From: Planctomycetota bacterium
GTDB lineage: Bacteria; Planctomycetota; B15-G4
Direction of reading: 5' to 3'
DNA: 64,000 nucleotides
NCBI GenBank assembly: GCA_965248575.1
Contig: CBDFJQ010000002.1
Location: 832,001 to 896,000 of the forward strand
In this document: positions 10,054 through 19,589 of the stretch, in pieces
Numbering within the stretch: the stretch's first letter is position 1
Layout: every line of letters starts with the position of its first letter
Translations under genes and position numbers: made by a program
Notes under the pieces: model-generated
Told to the model about the DNA's origin: nothing
What the model saw: only the letters and a program-made list of their open reading frames with translations
The model's database searches: none

Positions 10054-10421
10054 CAAGGCATCCAGGGGATTCAGGGGATTCGGGAGGCGAAAGGGGGGCT
10101 ACGAGCAGCTGGGGGCCGTCGGCGGCCGGGGCCCAAGGCCCAGAGCTTAGAGCGCCAGGCACTCCGCTGCCTACAGCCCGTCGAAGGCAGGGCTGTGGCA
10201 GATGCAGTGGAGTCTCGCTCCGGATGCGCCGATGGGAGCCGTGTGATGTTCGCAGGTGATGGGCCAGAGCACCGTTCTGCTACCCGCAATCTCGCAAGCC
10301 GACTACCCTGCAGAGAGCCCCTCACTCGCCCGGTGGGTCCCGACTCATGCACGCCGCCGGCGACAGTCATCGACACCCCGAGCTTCTCATAGTGACAATC
10401 TGCACCCTCGACCGAACCCAC

Positions 10422-12989
10422 GTGCAGCGCTCTTGGCCGCTCATGGCCCTCGCCCTGTGCCTGTTCAGTTTTGGATGGCTCTCGACAGCGGGTGCTCAGA
10501 CCGGCCAAACCGGATTGATGGGGGAGTACTACGACGACGAGAACCTGGGCACCCTCGTGGAGACCCGGCTCGATGCGGTCGTGGACTTCACCAACTGGTC
10601 GGGTGGCGCGCCCACCGGCACGGCTGTCACACCCGACGACACCTACTCCGAACGCTGGACCGGCGCGGTGCGCCTGGATGCCGCGGGGGACTGGACCTTC
10701 TCCACCGTCTCCAATGATGGCGTGCGCCTGTTCATTGGTGGGTTGGAGGTCATCTCCAACTGGACCCAGCACGCGGCGACCACGGACAGCGTCACGCTGT
10801 CGCTCATGGCTGGCCTGCATCCCGTCACCCTCGAGCATTACCAGGACGGTGGCGGCGTCACGATCCAGTTGAAGTTCGAAGGCCCCGGGCAACCCGAGGT
10901 GGTGATCCCCACGGATTACCTCTGCCCCGCCCCTGTCAGTAATTTCTTCCCCAGCGTGGATGTCGGCCTGGACAGGTACGTCGTTCCGCCGGACGACAGC
11001 ATCGTCTTGCAGAGCGTGGCCTTCGATCCGGATGGAGGTGCCATCGCCCAGACCCAGTGGGTCCAGCTGGCGGGCGCGCCCGTCACGCTGGCGGGCGCCA
11101 CCACCTCCGACCTGACGGTCTCGGATCTCGTCGTGCCCGACGACTATGTGTTCGAGGTGATGGTCTGGGACGATGCGGGCTTGACGGCCAGCGCGAGTCT
11201 GACGGTGACCCTGGCGGATTGCCCACCCACGGCGCCCGTTCCAATCTGGAAGAAGTGGTCCACCATTGTTCCGGGCCCCGTCACCGATGAGGCGTCCACG
11301 CCGAATCCCTTCCTCGACTACCGCCTGAACGCGACCTTCACGCATGGGGGCAGCGGCGAGACCTGGATCGTCCCTGGCTTCTTTGACGCCGACGGTCGCC
11401 CGCATGACAGCAGCGCGACGGGCGGCAACACCTGGCGCGTGAACTTCGCTCCGCCACGCACCGGCGGTTGGGTGTACGAGGTCTCGTTCCGTCAGGGGCT
11501 GGAGATCGCCATCAGCGAGGACCCCGCCGAGGGCGTTGCGCTGGCGAACGACGGCTTGACGGGTTGCTTTCAGGTGGGCCCACCCGACGTGGGTGCGACA
11601 GGCTTCCATCTGAGCGGCCCGCTCGTGGCCAGCGGCGGCCACTACCTGCGCACGGCAGGCGACAACAAGCCCTTCCTTCAGGCAGGCGCCAACAGCCCTG
11701 AGAACCTGCTGGCCTACTTCGCCTTCGACCAGACCAGCCAGAGCCACGGCTACTTCAACCACATCGTGGATTGGAACACCGGCGACCCCAAGTGGCAGGG
11801 GCTGGGCAAGGGCCTGGTGGGGGCCATGAACTACCTCGCTTCCGAGGGCATGAACACCATCTGGTTCCTGACCTTCAATGTGGCCGGGGATGGCAACGAC
11901 GTCTGGCCCTGGACGAGCTCCACGGAACGCGTGCGTTATGACACCAGCAAGCTGTCCCAGTGGAACCAGGTGTTCGACCACATGAACACCCTGGGTATGC
12001 AGATGTACGTGGTGACCCAGGAGCAGGAGAACGACACGGGCCTCCCCGCCCTGGACCAGGGGATGCTAGGCACCGAGCGGAAGCTCTACTACCGCGAACT
12101 GATCGCGCGCTACGGCCATCACCTCGGCATCATCTGGAACCTCGGCGAAGAGAACACCAACAGCGACTTCTGGCTGCGTCAGTTCCACGACTACATCCAG
12201 GACACGGACCCCTACAACCATCCCATCGTCATCCACACCTTCCCTTCCCAGTACAACAAGGTCTTCGACCCGTTGCTCTCCACCGATCGTCTGGACGGCA
12301 TCTCCTTGGCGATCCCCACGCCGCCCGACACCCATGACACGGTGCTCTACTGGCGCGAGCGGTCGGCAGAGATGGGGCGGCCCTGGTTCGTGGGCGCCGA
12401 CGAGGTCGGACCGCCCTCGCACGGCGTCTTGGAGGATTCCCTCGATCCGACCCATGACGACATCCGCAAGGGCGCCCTGTGGGGCAACCTCATGGCTGGC
12501 GGTGGGGGCGTGCAGTGGTACTTCGGTGTCGCGTTTCCAGAGAACGACATCAACCTCGAGGACTACCGCACGCGCACCAACATGTGGAAGCAGACCAAGC
12601 ACGCCATGGACTTCTTCCACACCTACCTGCCCTTCGACCAGATGGACCCGGCCGACGATCTGGTGAGCGCGACCGACGCCTGGTGCTTCGCGAAGCAGGG
12701 CGAGGTGTACGCCGTCTACCTGCCCACGGGCGGGACGACCCAGCTCGACCTCGGCCTGAACTTCGGGGCGTTCAAGGTCTCCTGGTACGACCCGCGTATC
12801 GGCGGCCCCCTGTTCCAGCACTCGACGGTGCTCGGGCCTGGCGAAGTCCTGTTGACGGCGCCGACGACGGGCGCTCCGGGCGACGATTGGGTGGCCCTGA
12901 TCAAGCGCAAGCCCATGGGCAAACCTCCCGTGCATGTGGGTCTGCGTAACGGGCCCCTGCCGAAGGTGCGCACCAAGCTCAAGAAGTGA
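10422..12989 (+). CDS. Secreted PA14 + PKD-like + DUF5060/DUF4038-like glycoside-hydrolase-fold protein
   Basis: Signal peptide; PA14-like YSERWTG...SNDGVRLFI; VPGFFDADG...WRVNFAP; WNLGEEN; start uncertain (10347/10422/10443). Confidence 0.7.
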   Translation: MQRSWPLMALALCLFSFGWLSTAGAQTGQTGLMGEYYDDENLGTLVETRLDAVVDFTNWSGGAPTGTAVTPDDTYSERWTGAVRLDAAGDWTFSTVSNDGVRLFIGGLEVISNWTQHAATTDSVTLSLMAGLHPVTLEHYQDGGGVTIQLKFEGPGQPEVVIPTDYLCPAPVSNFFPSVDVGLDRYVVPPDDSIVLQSVAFDPDGGAIAQTQWVQLAGAPVTLAGATTSDLTVSDLVVPDDYVFEVMVWDDAGLTASASLTVTLADCPPTAPVPIWKKWSTIVPGPVTDEASTPNPFLDYRLNATFTHGGSGETWIVPGFFDADGRPHDSSATGGNTWRVNFAPPRTGGWVYEVSFRQGLEIAISEDPAEGVALANDGLTGCFQVGPPDVGATGFHLSGPLVASGGHYLRTAGDNKPFLQAGANSPENLLAYFAFDQTSQSHGYFNHIVDWNTGDPKWQGLGKGLVGAMNYLASEGMNTIWFLTFNVAGDGNDVWPWTSSTERVRYDTSKLSQWNQVFDHMNTLGMQMYVVTQEQENDTGLPALDQGMLGTERKLYYRELIARYGHHLGIIWNLGEENTNSDFWLRQFHDYIQDTDPYNHPIVIHTFPSQYNKVFDPLLSTDRLDGISLAIPTPPDTHDTVLYWRERSAEMGRPWFVGADEVGPPSHGVLEDSLDPTHDDIRKGALWGNLMAGGGGVQWYFGVAFPENDINLEDYRTRTNMWKQTKHAMDFFHTYLPFDQMDPADDLVSATDAWCFAKQGEVYAVYLPTGGTTQLDLGLNFGAFKVSWYDPRIGGPLFQHSTVLGPGEVLLTAPTTGAPGDDWVALIKRKPMGKPPVHVGLRNGPLPKVRTKLKK

Positions 12990-13069
12990 GCGGGGTCGAG
13001 GCCGCCTGGAGTTCGGGCCCTCGCCATTTGCGATGATGGCTCGCCCCCCGACAGAGCCACCCACCACCA

Positions 13070-16000
13070 ATGCTCAACATCCTGTTCGCCGCATTGCTCG
13101 TGCTCGTGCCCCAGTCAGCGGCCGACGATGCAGAGACCGAACGCGCCTTGCTCCGGCGGGCGCTTCCGTTGCTCGCCGAGCGACCCATGTCGGCGCAGAT
13201 GGTCGGCGCCTACGAGGACCTTCATGGCCGCGCCTGGCGTCTCGGCGACGTCGAGACAGCGCACGCCGCCCTCGAGCGCATCGTGCCTTGGTTGGAGCAG
13301 CTGCACGGCCCCGACGTGGCGAACCTTGGCACTGCGCTCGACACCCTGGCCAACCTTCTCAGGGCGCGAGGGGACTACATCGCCGCCCGTCCGCTGTACG
13401 AACGCGGCCGGGCGAACCTCGAGGCGGCCCTCGGCCCCGAACACTCCAGAGTCGCCGGCAGCATCAACAACCAGGCTGTCCTACTCAGGGAACTCGGGGA
13501 CTACGCGGCGGCGCGGCCCCTGTTCGAACGCGCCCTGGCGATCGACGAGGCGACCTTGGGCCCCGACCACCCGGACGTCGCCTACATCCTGATGAACCTG
13601 GGCCACCTGCTCTACAACCTTGGGGAGTTTGAAGAGGCGCAGCCGCTGTACGAACGCTCGCTGGCGATCCGGGAGGCGGCGTTCGGACCCGAACACGCCA
13701 CTGTCGCCGACAGCCTCAGCAGTCTGGCCACCCTGCTCGTTGCCCGAGGGGACTACGCGGCGGCACGGCCCATGCACGAACGAGCCCTGGCGATCAACGA
13801 GGCAGCCTTGAGCCCGGACGACCCTGTTCTTGCCCTCGTCTTGAACAATCTGGCCAAGCTGCATTCGAAACTTGGGGACAACGCGGCGGCGCAGCCCCTG
13901 TACGAACGCGCCCTGGCGATCTGGGAGGCGGCCTTGGGCCCCGACCACCCGAAGGTCGCCCACAGCCTGAACAACCTGGCCAGCATGCTTAAGGAACGTG
14001 GCGACTATGCGGCAGCGCGGCCGCTGTACAAACGCTCCCTGGCGATCTGGGAGGAGGCCCTGGGACCCGACCACCCGCATGTCGCTTCCAGTCTGCAAAA
14101 CCTGGCCAGCGTGAATTACAAGCTCGGGGAGTACGCGGCGGCGCAGCAGCTGCACGAGCGCTCGCTGGCGATCCGGGAGGCGGCGCTGGGCCCTGAGCAT
14201 CCGAGCGCGGCCATCTCTCTCGAGGGCCTGGCGAATCTGCACCACGAACTCGGAGACTACGCCACAGCACGGCCGCTGTATGAACGCTCGCTGGCGATCC
14301 TGTTGGCGGCCTACGGCCATGAGCACGCGGACGTCGCCCGTGGCGTTCAGTCGCGGGTGCTCCTGGAGCTGGACGACGGGCAACTCGAACGAGCTCTGCC
14401 CTACGCCGAGCGCCTCGCCGATGACCGGGTCCATGTGCGCCGAACGATGGCCTCCCTGACGACCGGCGAGAGCCACCTGTTTCTCGCCAAACAGCGCCGT
14501 GCACGGAATGCGTTGCTCTCGGTGGCCGCCGCCGCGGACGATCCCGCCGCCGCCTACGCCACCGTCCTGGACAGTAAGGGCCAGGTGGCGCGACTAACGC
14601 TGCAGACCCGGGCTCAACTGCGGGACGCGCTGGACCCTGAGATCCTTGCGCTGATGGAGTCTTTGGCCCAGGTCCAGGGCCAGCTGTCGCGACTCGCGCT
14701 GCAGACGGACATCCCAGACCGCGAGCGGCACGGGAGGCAGTTGGACTCGTTGCGCACCGAGCGCGATGGGCTGGACCGTGAGTTGCGGCGGAAGGTGGAC
14801 GTGACGGAGAAGGTGGCTGTCACGGTGCAGGACGTCGCAAACAGCCTCCCGCCCGAGTCGCTGTTGGTGGACCTGCTGGTGCACGAGAGTTGGGTTGCAG
14901 CGGCCCACGACGGCGGGGTGTTTGTCCGGGAAGGTCACTGGTCCGAGCCGCGCGTGAGTGCGTGGGTGGTGCGGTCGGGCGCAAACGAAGTGCAGCACGT
15001 CGACTTGGGACCCGCTGCCGCCATCGAGGAGGCGGTGGCGTCGTTCCTAGGAGATCTCGTGGCTGTGGGCGGGGGCACGGCGCCGGAGCAGCGGGGCGGG
15101 AGTCTCGGTCGCGCACCCGACGCCCAGCAGGGCGGTGTCCAACGGACACTGCGCGCTCTGGTCTGGGACCCCTTGGCCGTGCACCTCGACGGGGTCGAGA
15201 CGGTCTTCATGTCGCCTGATGGCGTGCTCGGCACGTTGCCCTTCGAGACGCTCCAGGACGCGTCGGGTCGCTATCTCGTCGAGGATCTTGCCTTCGTCTA
15301 CGTCTCCAGTGGAGGTGCGCTAGTCAGGCACGGCAGCGCAGCCTCGCCGCTGGGCGCGTCGCTGCTGGTTGCCGGAGGGGTGGACTACGACCGCGGGCAG
15401 GATTCGTCCCCTTCCCTCGTTTCGCCGGGCGGCAGCGACTTGTCCCGGGGCTTTGCAGGCAGTTGGTCATCGCTCCCGGCCACCGTGGCGGAGGCCAGCT
15501 CCATCGTGGCGACGCACGCGGGCGCTCGGCAATCCGGCTCACGCCATCTGGTGCGCGGTTCCGACGCCACCGAGGGGCGCCTCAAGCTCGAGATGCCGCA
15601 GCACGCGATCCTGCACCTCGCGACGCATGGGTACTTCCAGCCCGAAGGCTTGCCCTCGATGTGGGAGGCGGCGCTGGATGCCGTGGGTGGCGTAGGCGGC
15701 GAGCGCGGGATGAAGGTGAGCGAGTCTTCCAAGCGCCTCACGGGCCTGCACCCCGGTCTTCTCAGCGGCCTGGTGTTCGCTGGCGCCAACAGTCCGCCCG
15801 ACGAGGATGAGGATCGCGACGACGGTTACCTGACCGCCTCCGAGGTCACACTACTGGATCTCTCGCACGTCGATCTGGTGGTGCTCTCCGCCTGCGAGAC
15901 GGGGCTCGGACGACCGCAGTCAGGCGAGGGTCTGCTTGGCCTGCGTCGTTCGTTCCACATGGCCGGCGCGGACACGGTGATCAGCTCGCTGTGGTCGGTG

Positions 16001-16183
16001 CAGGACGAGAGCACGTCGGAGCTGATGCAGGGCTTCTACACCAACCTGCTCGTCGACGGCATGGGGCGTCACGAGGCGCTGCGCACGGCCCAGCTCTCGA
16101 TGCTGGCCGAGAACCGCGAGAGGCACGCTGGCGGGATCCCCAGCACGTGGGGGGCGTTCGTGCTGAGCGGGGAGTGGCGCTAG
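13070..16183 (+). CDS. TPR-repeat CHAT (caspase-like) domain protein with signal peptide
   Basis: 42-aa TPR repeats; LHLATHG and VVLSACETG (His/Cys dyad); SLWSVQD; WGAFVLSG. Confidence 0.9.
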   Translation: MLNILFAALLVLVPQSAADDAETERALLRRALPLLAERPMSAQMVGAYEDLHGRAWRLGDVETAHAALERIVPWLEQLHGPDVANLGTALDTLANLLRARGDYIAARPLYERGRANLEAALGPEHSRVAGSINNQAVLLRELGDYAAARPLFERALAIDEATLGPDHPDVAYILMNLGHLLYNLGEFEEAQPLYERSLAIREAAFGPEHATVADSLSSLATLLVARGDYAAARPMHERALAINEAALSPDDPVLALVLNNLAKLHSKLGDNAAAQPLYERALAIWEAALGPDHPKVAHSLNNLASMLKERGDYAAARPLYKRSLAIWEEALGPDHPHVASSLQNLASVNYKLGEYAAAQQLHERSLAIREAALGPEHPSAAISLEGLANLHHELGDYATARPLYERSLAILLAAYGHEHADVARGVQSRVLLELDDGQLERALPYAERLADDRVHVRRTMASLTTGESHLFLAKQRRARNALLSVAAAADDPAAAYATVLDSKGQVARLTLQTRAQLRDALDPEILALMESLAQVQGQLSRLALQTDIPDRERHGRQLDSLRTERDGLDRELRRKVDVTEKVAVTVQDVANSLPPESLLVDLLVHESWVAAAHDGGVFVREGHWSEPRVSAWVVRSGANEVQHVDLGPAAAIEEAVASFLGDLVAVGGGTAPEQRGGSLGRAPDAQQGGVQRTLRALVWDPLAVHLDGVETVFMSPDGVLGTLPFETLQDASGRYLVEDLAFVYVSSGGALVRHGSAASPLGASLLVAGGVDYDRGQDSSPSLVSPGGSDLSRGFAGSWSSLPATVAEASSIVATHAGARQSGSRHLVRGSDATEGRLKLEMPQHAILHLATHGYFQPEGLPSMWEAALDAVGGVGGERGMKVSESSKRLTGLHPGLLSGLVFAGANSPPDEDEDRDDGYLTASEVTLLDLSHVDLVVLSACETGLGRPQSGEGLLGLRRSFHMAGADTVISSLWSVQDESTSELMQGFYTNLLVDGMGRHEALRTAQLSMLAENRERHAGGIPSTWGAFVLSGEWR
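13535..14299 (+). repeat. Intragenic 126-bp tandem repeat encoding TPR units
   Basis: CTGGCGATC recurs at 13535, 13661, 13787, 13913, 14039, 14165 and 14291 (exact 126-bp period). Confidence 0.9.
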
Positions 16184-16196
16184 CTGGTCGGGGTGA
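16182..16196 (-). repeat. Short copy of the tRNA-Pro 3' end (att-like site)
   Basis: AGCTGGTCGGGGTGA is identical to 22962-22976 (acceptor-stem 3' strand, CCA and flank). Confidence 0.7.
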
Positions 16197-16214
16197 AGTG
16201 GCTCGAAACGGCCG

Positions 16215-16331
16215 CGAATCACCGAGTAGGACGCGTCCTACGCCGTAGCGTGGCTTTCGCAAGTCCGTGCGTTCTGAGAGGTGAAGCCCCGTAGTTCCTC
16301 CGTAGTCGTGCGGAGGTTCGTAGTCTACGGA
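16215..16331. repeat. Conserved att-flanking element, copy 1
   Basis: 40/50 identity to 19308-19357; exact 20-mer AGTTCCTCCGTAGTCGTGCG at 16293 and 19386 on the same diagonal; shared CGTAGTCTACGGA. Confidence 0.85.
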
Positions 16332-16332
16332 G

Positions 16333-18627
16333 ATGTTGTCCGGCGAATCTCCAGACGCGTCTCTGGGATCCCAGAGTCTGTTCTCAAACGCACGCCTGTC
16401 AGCCGAGCGCGAGACCGTTGCGTCTGACGGCCGCGAGGCCGGCCAGGTTGTCGGCGACTACCGCCTGATCGTCCCTCTTGGTCAGGGCGGGATGGGCGCG
16501 GTGTGGGAGGCCGAGCAGGTTTCGCTGAAGCGGCGCGTTGCTCTCAAGCTGCTGGCCCCGCACCTCAGCATCGCGGACGAAGCCCTCGGACGTTTCCATC
16601 GGGAAGCGAATGCCGCTGCGCGTCTCAGTCACCCGGGCATCGTGGCGGTGATCGAGGCAGGCGAGGCGGAGGGTGTCCACTACATCGCGCAGGAGCTCGT
16701 TCCGGGTGGCGTGACGTTGGCTGACTTCCTGGCCGACGCGCGCGAGGGCGACCAGGTGCCTTCCGGCTATTACCGAGCCATCGGGGAGTTGTTCGCCTCC
16801 CTTGCAGAAGCACTTCAGGTTGCGCACGACGCGGGAGTGATCCACCGCGACATCAAGCCGAGCAACGTCCTGATCTCGGAGAACGACCAGCCGAAGGTCG
16901 CCGACTTTGGTTTGGCGAAGATCAACGACGACCTGCTGCTCTCGCGCACGGGCGAGCTCGCCGGGACGCCCTACTACATGAGCCCCGAGCAGGCTTCGGG
17001 GCAGCTGACAACTGTCGACCACCGCACGGACGTCTTCAGCCTTGGAGCGACGCTGTACGAGTGCCTGACGTTGAGACGGCCGTTCGAAGGGGACACCAGC
17101 CAGCAGGTGCTCGAGCAGGTCATCAGCGCCGAGCCTCCGGACCCACAGAAGCTGCGCTCACGGGTGCCGTGGGAGCTGTCCGTCATCTGCAGCAAGTCGC
17201 TGGAGAAGCGGCCGGAGGCTCGCTTCTCGTCGATGGGTAAGCTTGCGGCCGACCTCCGGAGATGGCTAGCGAACGAACCGATCACCGCGCGTCCGCCGGG
17301 GATGATCTCGCGGGTCGGAAAATGGACGCGCCGGCATCCCCTGGTCTCGACGGTGGGAGCGGTCCTGGTCGCGGCCTTGATCCTCGTCAGCGCATTGCTG
17401 GGCCAGCTCCAGAGCCGCAATGTCCGCTTGGCGCGCATGCTGACCGTCATGGAGTCGCTCTTTGGTTCTCCCGATCCCCGCCTGGGGCGGCCCGAACGGA
17501 TCACCGCCACGGGCATGCTCCTGGGGAACGCCGAAATCGTCCGCACCGAATTCGCGGCTGAGCCTCTCGTTCGCGCGCGCTTGTTGGGTGCGGTCGGCAA
17601 CGTGATTCGGGCGCTGGACGAGCACGAGCAAGCCGAGGCTGTCCTGGCGGAGGTGCTGGCGACCTACGCGGCGGAGATCGGTGATCGAGCTGTCGAGACG
17701 CTTTCGGCCAGGCACGCCCTGGCGAGCCTGTACTTCGAGGGAGGTCGAATCGACGAGGCCGCCAAACTGTATGCGGACGCGTTCGAGGGTCGACGGGCAG
17801 CGCTTGGGCCAGGGCACGTGGAGACGCTGGCCTCGCAGAATGCCCTGGGGGCTACGTTGCTCGTGCTGGATCGTGTGCAGGAAGCTGCGCCACTCGTCGA
17901 AGCAGTGCTCGAACGGCGGCGAGAGATCCTTGGCGAAGACGACCCCGAGACGCTTTGCTCGCTTCACAATCTCGGCTGGCTGCGGTGGAAGCAGGGGAAA
18001 CTGGACGAGGCACAATCGACCTTCGAGCAATCGGTAGCGCACAGCCGACGGGTCCTGGGGTCGGAACATCCCAACACCCTCTGGGACATCGGAGACCTGG
18101 CGTCCTTCCACCTCAGCCGGGGTGACCTGAAAGCGGCGGAGAACCTCCTGGACGAGGTGATCGAGACGCGCGCGCGCATCGGAGACACCAAGGATCTCGG
18201 GATGTTCGCCTCGATGGCAAAGATGGCCGACATCCGTGTGCGCCAGGGGCGGCTGGGGGAAGCCGAAATCTTGTTGCGCGCGGCCTCTTCCGGGGCCTTG
18301 GGAACACAAGGGGAGGATCACGTAACCGTGCTTGAGATGAGGTCGCTCCTGGCGCATGTCCTGATCAAGCAGGAGCACCACGAGGAGGCGGGGCGGATCC
18401 TCGCCGACGTTCTCGAACGTCAGCGGAACACTCTCGGTCGGGCTCACGACGCCACGCTACAGACTCTGCACCTGAAGGTCTGGCTGCTTCATTCCGTGCA
18501 AGGCGATCCTCTGGCGGCGGAACCAATGGCCCAGGAGCTCGTGGATCTCACCCCCCCCGACGACGCTTCCTTGCCCGCCAGAAGCGAACTGCTCCGGGCA
18601 ATCCAGCGTGAAGCGGGAGAAGGCTAG
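16333..18627 (+). CDS. Ser/Thr protein kinase with TM helix and C-terminal TPR repeats
   Basis: GQGGMG, VALK, HRDIKPSN, DFG, GTPYYMSPEQ; hydrophobic VGAVLVAALILVSALL; TPR units. Confidence 0.92.
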   Translation: MLSGESPDASLGSQSLFSNARLSAERETVASDGREAGQVVGDYRLIVPLGQGGMGAVWEAEQVSLKRRVALKLLAPHLSIADEALGRFHREANAAARLSHPGIVAVIEAGEAEGVHYIAQELVPGGVTLADFLADAREGDQVPSGYYRAIGELFASLAEALQVAHDAGVIHRDIKPSNVLISENDQPKVADFGLAKINDDLLLSRTGELAGTPYYMSPEQASGQLTTVDHRTDVFSLGATLYECLTLRRPFEGDTSQQVLEQVISAEPPDPQKLRSRVPWELSVICSKSLEKRPEARFSSMGKLAADLRRWLANEPITARPPGMISRVGKWTRRHPLVSTVGAVLVAALILVSALLGQLQSRNVRLARMLTVMESLFGSPDPRLGRPERITATGMLLGNAEIVRTEFAAEPLVRARLLGAVGNVIRALDEHEQAEAVLAEVLATYAAEIGDRAVETLSARHALASLYFEGGRIDEAAKLYADAFEGRRAALGPGHVETLASQNALGATLLVLDRVQEAAPLVEAVLERRREILGEDDPETLCSLHNLGWLRWKQGKLDEAQSTFEQSVAHSRRVLGSEHPNTLWDIGDLASFHLSRGDLKAAENLLDEVIETRARIGDTKDLGMFASMAKMADIRVRQGRLGEAEILLRAASSGALGTQGEDHVTVLEMRSLLAHVLIKQEHHEEAGRILADVLERQRNTLGRAHDATLQTLHLKVWLLHSVQGDPLAAEPMAQELVDLTPPDDASLPARSELLRAIQREAGEG

Positions 18628-18725
18628 CAAATGCCAGAACCGGCACGGCCACGCATGGAAGCCGGGTCACGTCATCGGGGTCGGCTCGCCGAAGCCTTCC
18701 CGGGGAATGCTAGACTCTGCTCACC

Positions 18726-19181
18726 ATGAAGGGCACCTACAGCATCGACATCGAGTGTTCGCGCGAGCAGGTGTTCGCATTCCTCGACGACGAGAAGAAC
18801 CTCCCCAAGATTGTCCCGACCCTTGTGGATCAGGGGATCATCAATGAGACGCCGGAGAAGGTCGGATCGACTTTCTGGCACGTCTACGAGGAGAAGGGTC
18901 GCCGGATGAAGATGACCGGCGTCGTGACGGAACACAGCCCCCCGGAGCGAATGGCCGTGAAGCTGGACGGCGCGTTCTTCGGTCTGGAGGTCACGTACGA
19001 ACTCAAGCAGCTCAGCCCGACCTCGACGCGCCTCACCCAGCACTCCGAGTCGCGCTTCAAGCACGTCTTCAAGCTGATGGGCCTCTTGTCCGGAAAGAAG
19101 ATGGAACGAGAGGGCAAGCAGGCGCAGGCCGAGATCTTTGCCCGCATGAAGACGGTGATCGAGGAAGGCGCATCGGCCTGA
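18726..19181 (+). CDS. SRPBCC (polyketide cyclase/START-like) family protein
   Basis: N-terminal SIDIECSREQVFAFLDD pattern, 151 aa, C-terminal helix. Confidence 0.75.
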   Translation: MKGTYSIDIECSREQVFAFLDDEKNLPKIVPTLVDQGIINETPEKVGSTFWHVYEEKGRRMKMTGVVTEHSPPERMAVKLDGAFFGLEVTYELKQLSPTSTRLTQHSESRFKHVFKLMGLLSGKKMEREGKQAQAEIFARMKTVIEEGASA

Positions 19182-19216
19182 GGGTGAGGATCGCGCCTCC
19201 GATCGCGAGGGCCCGC

Positions 19217-19268
19217 TCGAGCTGGTCGGGCTGACTGGATTCGAACCAGCGACCTATCGCTCCCAAAG
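19217..19268 (-). repeat. Copy of the 3' half of tRNA-Pro (attR-like direct repeat)
   Basis: 48/52 identical to 22959-23010, from the anticodon loop through CCA plus 6 nt of flank. Confidence 0.92.
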
Positions 19269-19307
19269 ATGCTGGGGGCGTCGGTGCCGCATGACCCAGA
19301 ACCGCGT

Positions 19308-19433
19308 CGAATCACCGTGTTGTCCGCATCCTACGCCGCAACGGCCCTTTCGCAAGTGCGCGCATCGCCCCGCGCCTGATCGCGAAGTTCCTCCGTAGTC
19401 GTGCGAAAAATGCGAATCTCCGTAGTCTACGGA
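19308..19433. repeat. Conserved att-flanking element, copy 2
   Basis: Matches 16215-16331; ends in the inverted repeat TCCGTAG-T-CTACGGA (19419-19433). Confidence 0.85.
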
Positions 19434-19589
19434 AGGCGCCCTGATGGTCGGGATCACCAACTCGATGAGCGACTTGGCCAGCGAGCTTTGTCGGAGCTCA
19501 TGACCGCCTTGCATTACCGCTCCACCACCAGTCGCCCGGGGCGGCCTGCACGTCGAGCCGCCCTGATCTTCCGGTCCCGATTCGTGACA

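Noticed and set aside
12987..13030. Faint likeness to the tRNA-Pro 3' end (CGGGGT...CTGGAGTTCG) as a possible third att site
   Set aside because: Needs several gaps, lacks the CCA end and the flanking 120-bp element; compatible with chance in GC-rich DNA.
13535..14299. Regular 126-bp repeats as a possible CRISPR or non-coding array
   Set aside because: In-frame, degenerate, encode TPR units; no unique spacers and no cas genes.
19217..19268. Second tRNA-Pro gene
   Set aside because: Only the 3' half is present; no D arm or 5' acceptor strand.
19254..19514. 86-aa minus-strand ORF as an integrase or excisionase remnant
   Set aside because: It overlaps the att element and shows no recombinase motif I can recognise.
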